Shown here: in pieces, positions 8,911 to 19,643 of the stretch
How the letters are laid out: each line of letters starts with the position of its first letter
How positions within the stretch are numbered: position 1 is the stretch's first letter
Origin: an uncultured Actinomycetes bacterium
GTDB lineage: Bacteria; Actinomycetota; Thermoleophilia; RBG-16-64-13
Direction: 5' to 3'
Assembly (NCBI GenBank): GCA_963706025.1
Contig: CAVPLM010000003.1
Location: 448,001-512,000, forward strand
Length of the DNA: 64,000 bases
Position numbers and translations under genes: made by a program
Notes under the pieces: generated by a model
Database searches by the model: none
What the model was told of the DNA's origin: nothing
What the model saw: the letters and a program-made list of their open reading frames with translations, nothing else

Positions 8911-9182
8911 GAAGGCTTCCTCGAGCCGGCTTCCCGGCCTGCTTCGTCGACTCATCGCCTGCCTTGTTCGCGGCCACAGAGAGTCGCACCTAGCGTGTGT
9001 GGCCTGGGGGCTAACGCGCGGTCCGGCGCGAACCCTCGATTGGTTCGGCAACCGCATGACCTCGTGGCTGGTTCCGCCTACCCTAGCAACTGTCAGGCCG
9101 CACGGGCGAGGGTGACCGATGGTCACGGGCCATCATAACGGATCCGAGTCCACGAGTTCGCGCGTTAGAACCGCTTGTCCAA

Positions 9183-9225
9183 TCTGCATCAATCGTACAT
9201 ACTAATACATACGATTCTGATGCAG
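9183..9225 (+). promoter_or_regulatory. vapB operator palindrome
   Basis: ctgcatca-atcgta...tacgat-tc-tgatgcag. Confidence 0.55.
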
Positions 9226-9235
9226 GAGAAGAGAC

Positions 9236-9427
9236 GTGAGAACAACATTGAACATCGACGAGGAACTCCTCGACCAGGCATCCAAGATGACCGGGGTACG
9301 TGAGAAGACGACGTTGGTCAGGCTCGGGCTGGAAGCGCTCATCGCACGCGAAAGCGCGAAGAAACTGGCCAAGCTGGGGGGCACGGAGAAGCAGCTGAAG
9401 GATGTGCCGAGGCCTCGAAACTCCTAG
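9236..9427 (+). CDS. vapB: VapB-family antitoxin
   Basis: MRTTLNIDEELL..A..MTG..EKT.LVR.GLEALIARESA..LA.LGG. Confidence 0.85.
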   Translation: MRTTLNIDEELLDQASKMTGVREKTTLVRLGLEALIARESAKKLAKLGGTEKQLKDVPRPRNS

Positions 9428-9802
9428 ATGGTTCTGGGCGACTGATCGGTCTGGATTTCTCATTTGCCGAACAGGCCCATCAAGGAGCTGGCTGAGCTAC
9501 TCAATGCCGGAGAGGTAGTCTGTCACCCATTTGTCATCGGCGAATTGGCCTGCGACAACCTCGCGAACAGAACCACCATCATCTCGCTGCTGGAAGCTCT
9601 GCCGCTGGCTTCTGCGGCGACCCCTGAGGAGGTACTGATCTTCATTGAAGCCCAGCACCTCATGGGCAAGGGATTGGGCTACATAGACGTTCACCTGCTC
9701 GCTGCCGCTCTTCTGAACGGGGTCTCTCTCTGGACTCTGGATCTGAGACTGGACAAAGCCGCCGGGCGGCTCGACTGCAGATACAGGTCTGCGGGGATCT
9801 GA
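9428..9802 (+). pseudogene. vapC: VapC PIN toxin with in-frame TGA at codon 6
   Basis: MVLGD*SVWISHL...HPFVIGELAC...GLGYIDVHLL..LWTLD. Confidence 0.85.
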
Positions 9803-9981
9803 CCACGGCGAAATAGGCGTCCCGTCCGCCGTTCCACCTGCGATGGGTGTCACTGTTGGCATTGTGAGGGCCAGGACCGGAGACGTGCGTCTAGAGCCGT
9901 TCCCCCACATATCCAGCGCCTGAATCTACTCCGTATGAGATCGTCGACAAGGCAGGGCTCACCTACCCCAGATATGGGGAG

Positions 9982-10236
9982 TCAGTAGTGGTGCCGCAGC
10001 TGGGCGATCAAGAGGGAGTCGCCCTCCACCTTGTATACGATACGGTGCTCGTCAGTGATGCGGCGCGACCAGTAACCAGACAGCGAGTGCTTCAATGGCT
10101 CCGGTTTGCCCGGCCCCTCGAAGGGGCTGCGTTGAATCTCCTTGACGAGTGTGTTGATTCTCTCGACGATCTTGCGATCGGTCCTCTGCCAATAGAGGTA
10201 GTCATCCCAGGCGTGCGCTGAGAAGACGATCCTCAC
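9982..10236 (-). CDS. yoeB: YoeB/Txe toxin
   Basis: AWDDYLYWQ..GKPEPLKHSLSGYWSRRITDEHRIVY. Confidence 0.93.
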   Translation of the reverse strand: MRIVFSAHAWDDYLYWQRTDRKIVERINTLVKEIQRSPFEGPGKPEPLKHSLSGYWSRRITDEHRIVYKVEGDSLLIAQLRHHY

Positions 10237-10484
10237 TCGGTAAGCTCCCTCTCAGTCCCTCCGCCGGCCTCCAGTTCCATGATCGATTCGAGCAGGCGGC
10301 GCGCGCTCTTGGGGCTGCGCAAAAGGTAGGATGTCTCTTCGAGGGCCTCGTAGTCATCAAGAGAGATCATCACCACAGACGACGACGCCTTGCGCGTGAC
10401 GATGAGCGGCGCGTGATCCTCGCAAACGCGGTCCATCTCGCGGGCGAGATTGCTGCGAAGTCTCGTGTAAGGGATGGCGTCCAT
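10233..10484 (-). CDS. yefM: YefM/Phd antitoxin
   Basis: YTRLRSNLA..MDRV.EDHAP.IVTR..VMISLDDYEALEETSYLLRSP; upstream TGTAC..GTACA operator at about 10503-10522. Confidence 0.92.
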   Translation of the reverse strand: MDAIPYTRLRSNLAREMDRVCEDHAPLIVTRKASSSVVMISLDDYEALEETSYLLRSPKSARRLLESIMELEAGGGTERELTE

Positions 10485-10836
10485 GCCTATCCTCCTCGCT
10501 ATATGTACGGCTAATTGTACATGTGTGCGGCTGCTGAGACAAGAGCCTCGGCCCAAGCTGGCCACCCGCTCTGATCTCCTCGTCATAAGGGCGTTCGTCG
10601 AGACACGCCAGGATCGGCTCTCGTAATCGGTGACATGCGACCAACCGGCGTGGTGCGGCCGTGGTGCGAAGTCACGACGCCCCTCGAGTCCGCGGCGGAG
10701 TGCTTCCCCCGCGGTCCCGCGGCTCGTTTCCAAGGCGCTGCTTCATCGAGAGGCCTCGGTAGGTCGTCCGCCGGGCAACGGTCCGTCGGTTGCGGGCCCT
10801 GACCCTTAGCGAGCACGGCGTGTCACTTTGGACTCG

Positions 10837-10945
10837 ATGAAGGCCGCCGTCAACACACGCTGCGGACCGCCGGACTTTGCGGAGATCCGGGACGTGCCGA
10901 AACCTCGGCCAGGCCGGGGCGAGGTCTTGGTCAAGGTCCCCCCGA
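10837..10945 (+). pseudogene. N-terminal fragment of a zinc-type alcohol dehydrogenase/quinone reductase
   Basis: MKAAV..RCGPPD..EIRDVPKPRPGRGEVLVKV, then similarity ends. Confidence 0.6.
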
Positions 10946-11092
10946 CGCGGGCGATGTTCCTGTTACCCGGCGCGTGTCCGGTCCACCAACATCAGACCAA
11001 CGTCAGACCTGGGCCGCCTCTCGTCACTGCAAGATTGTTGTGTTGCATCGTTTCGAAGGTTTGGCCAGCGTATCTTTTAGGATACAATACGT

Positions 11093-11383
11093 ATGATCGA
11101 GATCGGACAGACTATGGAATTCGTTAGGTGGTTTGAAGGGCTGACGGATCGTCAGACTCGGGCTTGCGTCCTGGCCCGTGTTCGCCGGCTATCGCTTGGC
11201 AACTTCGGCGACACGGTGCCGGTTGGGGAGGGAGTGCTCGAGTTGAGGATCCATCACGGGCCGGGATACCGTGTCTACCTCGCAAGGATGGAGGCGCGGG
11301 TGGTCGTTCTTCTTGCCGGTGGTGTCAAGCGAACACAAGACAAGGACATTCGAAAGGCCAAGGAACTGGCTAAGGGATTGTGA
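11093..11383 (+). CDS. RelE/ParE-family addiction-module toxin (HI1419-like)
   Basis: F.RWF.GL.D...RVRRL.LGNFGD..PVGEGV.ELRIHHGPGYRVY..LLAGG.K.TQ.KDI. Confidence 0.9.
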   Translation: MIEIGQTMEFVRWFEGLTDRQTRACVLARVRRLSLGNFGDTVPVGEGVLELRIHHGPGYRVYLARMEARVVVLLAGGVKRTQDKDIRKAKELAKGL

Positions 11384-11393
11384 GGAGGGCACG

Positions 11394-11680
11394 ATGGCGA
11401 GAACAAGAACTCGTCTCTGGGATGCAGCAGAGTACCTTGAAACGGACGAGGATATCTTGGCTTACCTGGACACGCGTTGGAAGAGGGTGACGCGGCTCTG
11501 TTCGCAGCTGCTTGAGGAGACGTCGCGCGGGCGAAAGGCATGCAAGAGATCGCTCGGGAAACAGGACTAGGACGCGAGAGCCTTTACAAGGCGCTTTCTC
11601 CGAACGGAAACCGGGAGTTTGCCACGGTCTTGAAGGGTGTTGCGTTCGCTCGGCCTGAGCTGTACGCGGGAGTCAGGTAG
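11394..11680 (+). pseudogene. Addiction-module antidote (HI1420-like HTH), frameshift plus nonsense codon
   Basis: WDAAEYLET.EDI.AYL / AAA*GDVARAKGM..IARETGLGRESLYKALS..GN.EF.TV. Confidence 0.85.
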
Positions 11681-11789
11681 ATCGCGTGGATCCGCCTTCT
11701 TACCAACGATCTAAAGGAGTGGCCACGAAAGAAAAGTCCTGCAAGATTCTGTACGGCCGAATGGAGCTTATTCGGTTTGAGGTATGTAG

Positions 11790-12068
11790 TAAGGTTAGGG
11801 GGTTTTCTCCGGGGTATCGACACGGACGTTCCCAGGGAGGCGGACCGGACCTGAACGTCGTCGACTCGTGTGGATCGGGCTCGAATACTTCGCGGACGGG
11901 CCGAACGCCGAGTTCTTTGCCGGAGCCATAGAGGCCACTGCGGAGCTTGCGGTGCCCACTATCAGCCGGTACGAGGTGTTCAAGCGCGTCCTCCAGCAAC
12001 GGGGTGAGAGTGCGTCTCTACATTCGATCGCGATAAAGAAGCAGGGTCCATGCAATCTCGGACCTTGA
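11790..12068 (+). pseudogene. Remnant AbrB-type antitoxin end plus truncated PIN toxin
   Basis: GIDTDVPREADR stop, then NVVDS../LEYFADGPNAEFF..VPTI..YEVFKRVLQQRGE. Confidence 0.7.
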
Positions 12069-12096
12069 AGAGCTGCTTTGCACTTCTCCCGAATCC

Positions 12097-12843
12097 CTAG
12101 ATCGATAAGCGTTTGTGCGTCGGCCCCTGCGACGTCGGCCATGAATGAAGCAACGGTAAGTCGGGCGCCACGCCGCTGTTCGGCGCTGAGCCCCTCAGGA
12201 AGCTCGCTATCGACGACTTGAGTTGCCCGAATATCCTTTCATCGGTCACGCCGAAGTGCAGCATATTGGTTGGGCCGAAGAACACCAGTCTGCCATGCAT
12301 CACGGACGCATACATGGCGTAGGCCATGCCGATGGCCTCATCTGGGTCCGGATGTCCGATCTCCTCCCGATGCGCGGCGAGCACCGCGGCCAGGGCGCGC
12401 CTACGCTCCTGGTTGATCTGCTCCCCTTTCCGGCGCATCACCGGATCGAAGGCCGATAGCATCATGAAGGCCCGGGACAACTCGCGTTCGCTCAGCACGT
12501 GCTCTACGAGGATGCCGAATCCGTGATCGACCGCTTCCTCCAGAGACTCCTCGACTTGCGCCTGGGCTTCCAGCGCGGCCAGGATGGACGGCTCCAGGCG
12601 GTCGTGTAGGCGCGCCTGGACCGTGTGCAGCAGTGCGGTCTTACCGGGGAAGCGGGAATAGAAGGCCCCGACGGAGAGGCCGGTGCGGTCGAGCACGCTC
12701 TGGATAGTGAACAGGTCCAGCTCTTCTTCGCGGAGCTGGTCCTCTGCCGCCGCCAGCATTCTCTCCAGAGACGCGTGCCCCGGTCTACGGCGAGGAGGGT
12801 GATATGTGCTCTGTTCTCGTTCCATGAGGCAAGTATAGACCAT
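12097..12843 (-). CDS. TetR-family regulator
   Basis: N-terminal [31 protein letters not shown]; divergent from the ABC operon. Confidence 0.88.
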   Translation of the reverse strand: MVYTCLMEREQSTYHPPRRRPGHASLERMLAAAEDQLREEELDLFTIQSVLDRTGLSVGAFYSRFPGKTALLHTVQARLHDRLEPSILAALEAQAQVEESLEEAVDHGFGILVEHVLSERELSRAFMMLSAFDPVMRRKGEQINQERRRALAAVLAAHREEIGHPDPDEAIGMAYAMYASVMHGRLVFFGPTNMLHFGVTDERIFGQLKSSIASFLRGSAPNSGVAPDLPLLHSWPTSQGPTHKRLSI

Positions 12844-12856
12844 TCCAACCCGTTAG

Positions 12857-12909
12857 AAGAATCCTAGTTCTGTTATCCTTGCAATATGATAACAGAATCG
12901 TTATTCTGT
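12857..12909. promoter_or_regulatory. Probable TetR operators in the divergent promoter
   Basis: TTCTGTTATC-n10-GATAACAGAA and ACAGAAT-n4-ATTCTGT palindromes. Confidence 0.65.
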
Positions 12910-12998
12910 CAGAGGAACGAGGGGAAAGCGGCTCTCTTCTATCCGGGCAGTGGAGCGAGCGCTCCGTTGACAAGATGAGGATCTGGAGGAGGACAAGG

Positions 12999-14224
12999 AT
13001 GAAAAGATGCATAGCTCTACTGGCGATTATCGCAGTCGCGTCGGCCCTGGTGCTGGTAGCCTGCGGCTCGGAGCCGGAAGAGTCGACGACCACCGGAGCA
13101 CCGACCACCGGGGCGCCCACTACCGCGGCGCCTACGACAGGGGCACCGACGACCCAGGCGCCGTCGGGCGAGAAGGAGGTCCTCGGGGTATGCCTGCCGG
13201 CTCTGGACAACCCCTTGATGATCGAGATCCAGGATACCTTCGTGAAAACTTCGGAGAGACGTATGACGTTCAGGTCTCCAGCGCCGACGGCAACCCCAAC
13301 ACCCAGGCCAGTCAGGTCGAGAACTACACTGCCATGGGAGCCAAGTTCATCTGCGTCATGGCCGTCGAGGCGACGAGCCTGCTGCCCAAGCTCGAAGCTG
13401 CCCGCGAAGCGGGAGTCCTCGTCATGGTGATCGGCGGTGAGCCCGGCGAGTCGGGCCGCGACGCGGTCATGAAGATGGACCAGTTCCTTGCCGGCGAATA
13501 CTGCGCTTTCATGGGCAAGAGCTGGGTGGAGAAGACCTTCCCAGATGCCGCCCCGGGCTCGATCGAGACCGCGGTTCTCACGTCTTCACTGACCACCGAA
13601 TCGGTGCAGCGCTCCAACGGCTTGCTGATGATCAGTGAGCCCTACCTGAAGAACTCCGAGGGGGCGTACATCGACGCGAGTGGGACGCCCATCTCGGATG
13701 CCAAAGGGGCGTACGTAGCTGGTAAGTCGGACGCCGATAGGGTGGCGAACCCAGTCTTCTGCCCGGCCGTCAAGATCGTCCAGACGCCGCCGGCCGAGAT
13801 GTTCCAGGCCGGTCAGACCGCCATGCAGAACATCCTCACGACCAACCCGAACGTGCAGCTGGTCCTCGCCTATGCCTCCGACGGCGGCAATGGCGCCTCC
13901 CAGGCGATCATGGATGAATTCGGCAAGGGCTCCAGCAGTGTCGTGAAGGACCTGGCCAAGATGGCCGTCTTCGGCGTCGGGATGTTCGGCCCCGAGGGCG
14001 ACGCGATAGTCGCGTCCGGCCAGGGCAAAGGGGTCTTCCGGGGCGCGATCGCGTTCGGAGGCGGTGATCTGCCCGGCAAGACCGTCGGTATCGCTACCCT
14101 GATGCTTAACGGCGATGACTACCCGGAAGTCACTTGGGACGAACTCGCGCTGGCAACCCTCGTCGACGGGAAGCTCGTTATGAAGCCCATGGCCAACTCC
14201 GGCGTGGTCGTCATCTCGGAGTGA
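12999..14224 (+). CDS. Sugar-type ABC substrate-binding lipoprotein (frameshift near 13250)
   Basis: Lipobox LVAC, TTGAP repeats, LPALDNP, SADGNPNTQASQVEN (RbsB-like). Confidence 0.82.
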
Positions 14225-14294
14225 CCGAGCAGGGATGACCGCGGCGACCCGCGAATAGTGGCCTTGTAGGTCGAACCCCCTTACGGTCGGACCG

Positions 14295-14340
14295 CAGGGC
14301 GGGGGCCTCGGCGATCGTCGCCGAGCCGCCCCCGCCCTGG
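14295..14340 (+). terminator. Intergenic stem-loop after SBP gene
   Basis: cagggcgggggc..ctcggcga/tcgccgag..gcccccgccctg. Confidence 0.5.
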
Positions 14341-14377
14341 GTCCGGCTTGTCGGCCAAATCTTGGTGGATCGGGAGT

Positions 14378-15166
14378 ATGGAAGAAGACTACATCGTCGA
14401 GTTGAAGGGCATATCCAAGCGCTTCGGCGGCATACACGCCCTCAAGGACGTCGACCTCGAACTGAGGCGCGGCGAGATCATGGGGATCGTCGGCGACAAC
14501 GGTGCCGGCAAGTCCACCCTGATGAAGATCCTCTCCGGCGCCTACATCGCCGACGAGGGCGAGATCTGGGTGAACGGCAAGAAGGCCCACATCCGCGATC
14601 CGCAGGACTCGACCGACCTGGGGATCGGGATGATCTATCAGGACCTGGCTCTGTTCAACAACTTCGATGTGGCTAAGAACATCTTCGTCGGTAGGGAGTG
14701 CACCCGCGGCCCGTTCAACCTCGTGCTGGACAAGAAGCGGATGTACAAGCAGGCGGAGGACCTGATCCGGGAACTGAAGGTCGACATCAAGTCGCCGAGA
14801 CAGACGGTGTTGACCATGTCCGGCGGTCAGCGCCAGATGGTGGCTTGCGCGCGCGCCATCGCGTTCGAATCGAAGATCCTCATCATGGACGAGCCCACAG
14901 CCGCCCTGGGAGTGACCGAGGCCAACAAGCTGCTCAGCCTCATAAGGAATCTGGCTGACGGCGGGCTTTCGATCCTCCTGATAACCCAGCGCATCCCCGA
15001 CATACTGGCCATCGCCGACCGGGTCTTCGTGCTCAAGGGTGGCATGAGGCAGGGAGTCCTCAACGTCGGCGAGGTGTGTCTCGACGACGTCGTGACGATG
15101 ATCGTCAAAGGTAAAGACCGTTCCGAGTCCGAGCCGCCGAACGTCGAGTACAAGTCGTTCGGGTGA
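14378..15166 (+). CDS. Sugar ABC ATP-binding protein (single domain)
   Basis: GDNGAGKST, MSGGQRQ, ILIMDEPT. Confidence 0.92.
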   Translation: MEEDYIVELKGISKRFGGIHALKDVDLELRRGEIMGIVGDNGAGKSTLMKILSGAYIADEGEIWVNGKKAHIRDPQDSTDLGIGMIYQDLALFNNFDVAKNIFVGRECTRGPFNLVLDKKRMYKQAEDLIRELKVDIKSPRQTVLTMSGGQRQMVACARAIAFESKILIMDEPTAALGVTEANKLLSLIRNLADGGLSILLITQRIPDILAIADRVFVLKGGMRQGVLNVGEVCLDDVVTMIVKGKDRSESEPPNVEYKSFG

Positions 15167-15173
15167 GAGTGCG

Positions 15174-16178
15174 GTGAAAATGAATCAGGACCAGACTCCG
15201 GATCAGAAGAAGAACCCCTTCGCGCGGGCCGATCTAGGCGTGCTGAGGAAGTACGCGGTCTTCTTCGTCCTTCTCGGCTTGGTCGTGCTCTTTGCGATAG
15301 TCAACCCGCAGTTTCTCACTGTGCGCAACCTCACCAACATCGTCACCCAGAACACCTACTTCATCATCGTGGCTATCGGCCTTGCGTTCGTGCTCATCTC
15401 CGGAGGCATCGACCTCTCCGTCGGCTATCAGATGTCGCTGGTCGGCGTGATCATCGCCATGATGATGACGGAATATGGCCTGCCGGTATGGCTGGCGATC
15501 GTCACCGGCCTCGTTCTGGGAACGTTCTTGGGATTGATCAACGGGTTGATCGTGACTCGGATACGAACGTTCCCCCTGATCGTGACCCTGGCCACAGCCG
15601 TGATCTTCCAAGGCATCTCGTACATCGTGTCTCAGGCACGCACGTTCCGGGACTATCCGGAGTCGTTCCAGGCGATAACCAAGACCCGGATCTTCGGTAT
15701 CCCGCTGGACGTGTACCTGACCATAGTCGTCGTGCTGGTAGCCTCCTTCATCTTCTACCAGACGAAGTGGGGCACGAGGGTGGTCGGGCTCGGAGGCAAT
15801 GAGGAGGCCTTGCGGCTGTCCGGCGTCAACACCCGGCGCTTGAAGACCATCGTGTACACGACCTGCGGGTTCTTCACCGCCATCGCCACGATAGTCATGG
15901 TCTCCAAGGCCAACTCGATGCAATCGTCGTTCGGGCCGGGGACCGAGTTCACCGCTCTGACCGCGGCCATCGTCGGGGGCGTCAGCTTCCTCGGGGGCGA
16001 GGGGAACATACCCGCGCTGGTTGCCGGCGTGTTCGTACTGGCGGTGCTGGGCAACGGCATGCAGCTGGCCGGTTGGAGCACATATGCACAGTACATCGTC
16101 CGGGGCATCATCCTCCTGGCTGCTGTCGCCTTCGATGAGTACCAGAAGAACGCGAGACTCAAGACCAAGACGAGGTGA
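15174..16178 (+). CDS. Sugar ABC permease (RbsC family)
   Basis: GGIDLSVG, GGNEEALRLSGVN, AAIVGGVSFLGGEG. Confidence 0.92.
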   Translation: MKMNQDQTPDQKKNPFARADLGVLRKYAVFFVLLGLVVLFAIVNPQFLTVRNLTNIVTQNTYFIIVAIGLAFVLISGGIDLSVGYQMSLVGVIIAMMMTEYGLPVWLAIVTGLVLGTFLGLINGLIVTRIRTFPLIVTLATAVIFQGISYIVSQARTFRDYPESFQAITKTRIFGIPLDVYLTIVVVLVASFIFYQTKWGTRVVGLGGNEEALRLSGVNTRRLKTIVYTTCGFFTAIATIVMVSKANSMQSSFGPGTEFTALTAAIVGGVSFLGGEGNIPALVAGVFVLAVLGNGMQLAGWSTYAQYIVRGIILLAAVAFDEYQKNARLKTKTR

Positions 16179-16184
16179 TACCCC

Positions 16185-17172
16185 GTGGACCTCTCTGACA
16201 GACCTCCGTTGCCCTTGAGCGAAAGACCGCAGGGCCCGTCGTCCGGGGCCCCTCTTTTTGGGGGTCCGCTTCCCGGCGGCCGGCCGATGGGGCCGCCTCC
16301 CGAAGGCTTCCAGATACCGGAAGCGGACGTGTCCCACGTCCGCCGCAAGTGGCTGGACATTCCCTACGCGGGCCTCTCCCCGGCGCAGGCAGCTCGACCT
16401 CTATCTGCCCGAAGACCGGCGACGGGCCGTTCCCGGTCATCCTCCATATCCACGGGGGAGCCTTCGCCATCGGCGACAAGCGGGACATACACGTCGGCGT
16501 GTGGCTGCGCGGACTCGAGCGCGGCTATGCCGTGGCGGGCCTCGAACTATCGCCTGAGTGGAGAGGCGGTGTTTCCGGCCGGGCTGCAAGACGTCAAGGC
16601 TGCCATCCGCTGGCTGAGGGCGCATGCCGGGGACTACGGCCTAGACGCGGGTCGGATCGCCGCATGTGGGGGCTCATCGGGCGCCAACTACGCGGCGATG
16701 ATGGGCGTGACCGCCGACGCCGACATCTTCGACGACCCGAGACTCGGCAACGCGGAGTGCTCCTCCGAGGTCAACGCCGTGGTCGATTGGTTCGGGCCCA
16801 CCGACTTCCTCAAGATGGACGAACAGCTTGCCGAAAACGGCCTGGGCCCGAGTGATCACAGCCAGGCCGACTCTCCCGAATCGAGATACCTGGGCGCGCG
16901 GGTCACGGAGGTACCCGGAGAAGGTCCGGCTCGCCAGTCCAATGACGTACGTTCACGAGGGCATGGCCCCCATCCTCATCCAGCACGGGAGCGCGGACTG
17001 CCTGGTACCGGTGCAGCAGTCCCTCGAGTTCGCCCGCGTGATCGAAGAACGGGTCGGGCGCGACCGCTTCGAATTGGACATCTTCGAGGGCGCCGGCCAT
17101 GACGACCCGGTATTCGAGACGCCGAAGAACCTGACCAGGGTGTTCGATTTTATCGACCGGCATCTGAAGTAG
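16185..17172 (+). CDS. Alpha/beta hydrolase (HSL/BD-FAE-like esterase), several apparent frameshifts
   Basis: HIHGGAF, NYRLS, GGSSGAN, WFGPTDF, QHGSADCLVP, GAGH across frames. Confidence 0.82.
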
Positions 17173-17518
17173 CGTCATCGCGAGGTGGCCGACGGGGAGG
17201 CTCTTTGCGGTAGCGTAAGCGAGTCTCGCAGTCGAGCCACGATGCTCGCGAACGCCATGGCGGGCGTGACCAACCCGTGTGGGGGCTTGGGCGTGGGTCG
17301 CGCGCGAAGCCTGCCCCATCTTCCCTTCATCCGCCCCCATCGCAGTAGACCTGCCCCTTCCTGAAAGTGAGACGTCATTCTTCTCAGAATGCAATCCAGT
17401 GATTTAAGAAGCGGGGCAAGCTGAGGGGATGGTATTGACCACTTTGCGTAAGCAGCGTTACAATCAGTGGGATGTCAGTCACTTGCCAGCGGCCAACACT
17501 CACTTGATCGGGGGAAGG

Positions 17519-19643
17519 ATGAGGTATAGGGTCGGCGCAGATGTCGGCGGCACCTTCACTGACCTTGTAGCCATGGATGAAGAGGGCAGGGTCACTGTGG
17601 CCAAGGCCCCCACGACCCCGGAAGATCAATCTATAGGCGTTCACGACGCGATCAAGAAAGCCGGCATCGACCTGGGCGAGGTCGGCTTCTTCTCTCACGG
17701 CACCACGGTCGGGGTCAACGCGGTCATAGAGAACAAGGGCGCAAGGGTGGCCGTAGTCACGACCAAAGGCTTTCGGGACATCCTGGAGCTGCGGCGTGGC
17801 CAGAGAGTCATCGAGAACCCCGATGATATGTACAACTTGCAGATGGATCTGCCCCAGGACTACGTAGGAGGCTACGATCCGCTCGTCAAGCGGCCGCTGA
17901 GGTTCGAAGTCCCCGAAAGGCTCGATTTCCGCGGGAACGTCTTGACGCCCCTGGATGAAGAAGCGGTGAGACGGATAGCGAAGGAGATGCTGGGCCAGAG
18001 CGTAGAGGCGGTCGTCGTTTGTTACCTCTTCTCGTTCATGAACCCTTCGCACGAGCAGCGCACGGCGGAGATCATCCGCGAGATGCTGCCTGGAGTGGAT
18101 CTTTCGGTCTCCAGCGAGATCCTGCCTATCATCCGCGAATACGAGCGGCTGAGCACGGCCACTGTGAACGCCTACGTCATGCCCATCATGCGGTCGTACT
18201 TGGGGAAACTGCGCGACACGCTCAAGGCCGGCGGCTTCCAGAAGGACTTCTACCTGATGCAGTCGAGCGGCGGCATCATGTCCGCGGAGGTCGCCGCCCA
18301 CCGACCTGTCTACACTATCGATTCGGGTCCGGCGGGAGGCGTCACCGCCGCCGCCCAGCTGGGGATGTCGCTCGGATACCCCGACGTGATCTCTTTCGAC
18401 ATGGGGGGCACGACGGCCAAAGTCTGTGTCGTCCGCGACGGCACGCCTGAGGTGACCACACGGTTTTGGGTCGGGGGCAGATACTTCATCGGGGCGCCGG
18501 TCATGGACATGGTGGAGATCGGCGCTGGGGGCGGGAGTATCGCCTCGATCGACAAGGGCGGCGGGGTCCATGTGGGGCCGAGGAGCGCCGGCTCGGTCCC
18601 GGGACCGGTCTGCTATGCCAAGGGTGGCATGGAGCCGACGGTGACCGACGCGGACCTGGTCCTCGGCTATATCAACGCCGACTACTACCTTGGCGGCGAC
18701 ATGACCGTGGACGTCGAAGCTGCGAGGGCGGCCATCAAGGAGAAGATCGCCGACAAGCTTCGCATGAGCACGGCCGAGGCGGCACACGGCATATACCGGC
18801 TGGTGAACGCCAACATGATCGGGGCGACCAGGGTCACCACCATCCAGAGGGGTCACGACCCTCGGGACTTCAGCCTGGTGGTCTCCGGCGGGACGGCCGC
18901 CATCCATGCGATCCGCATGGCCCAGGAGCTGCGCATCCCGCGCGTGATAGTGCCTCTCAACGCAGGCGTGTTCTCCGCCGTGGGCCTGATCACCGCCGAC
19001 GCCCGGTATGACGTCCACCGCTCGTACGTCGCGCGGGGCTCCCAGGCTGATCCCGAGCGCATGCAGACCATCTTCGAGGAGATCTCTCAGGAGGCCGTCT
19101 CGAAGATCGAGGAGCTGGGGTTCACTCCGGAGCAGATCGTCGATGCGCTATGAGATCGACATGCGCTACCTGGGGCAGGCGCACGAGGTACCGGTCGAGA
19201 TCCCGAGTGAACTGGTGCGGGGGATGACCGGAGAGACCCTCAAGGAGCTCATTGACCTGTTCCATGAGAAGCATCTCCACCTGTTCGGGCACGCGTCACG
19301 GGATTCGGAGATCGAGTTCATGACTTTGACGGTAGCGGCCATCGGTCCCATGGACCGGGGGGAATTGTTGGAGATAGAGGCGGGCACGGCCGATGCGAGC
19401 TCCGCCTTCAAAGGCACGAGGAAGGTGTATTTCGAAGAAGCCGAGGGTTACATCGACTGCAACACATATGAGCGCTCAGGGCTGAAGGCGAACAACCTCA
19501 TCACCGGTCCCGCGATCATCGAGCAGATGGATACCACCACGGTCATACCCCCGGGAGAAACGGCTGAGGTCGACAAATACGGGACCTTGATAGTGGAGCT
19601 GGCCACGAAGGCAGAGACCAACGACGCGCCCGCGGAGGTATGA
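17519..19643 (+). CDS. hyuA: Hydantoinase A / 5-oxoprolinase ATP-binding subunit (frameshift near 19140)
   Basis: DVGGTFTD, HGTTVGVNA, EYERLST, SGPAGG, DMGGTT, IGAGGGS, PTVTDA. Confidence 0.92.

Noticed and set aside
13085-13165. 15-bp periodic repeat as a CRISPR-like array
   Set aside because: Degenerate in-frame coding repeat (TTGAP linker); no spacers and no cas genes
17173-17518. Long intergenic region as a possible ncRNA (also 48250-48560)
   Set aside because: No recognisable conserved RNA motif; only promoter-like or terminator-like elements
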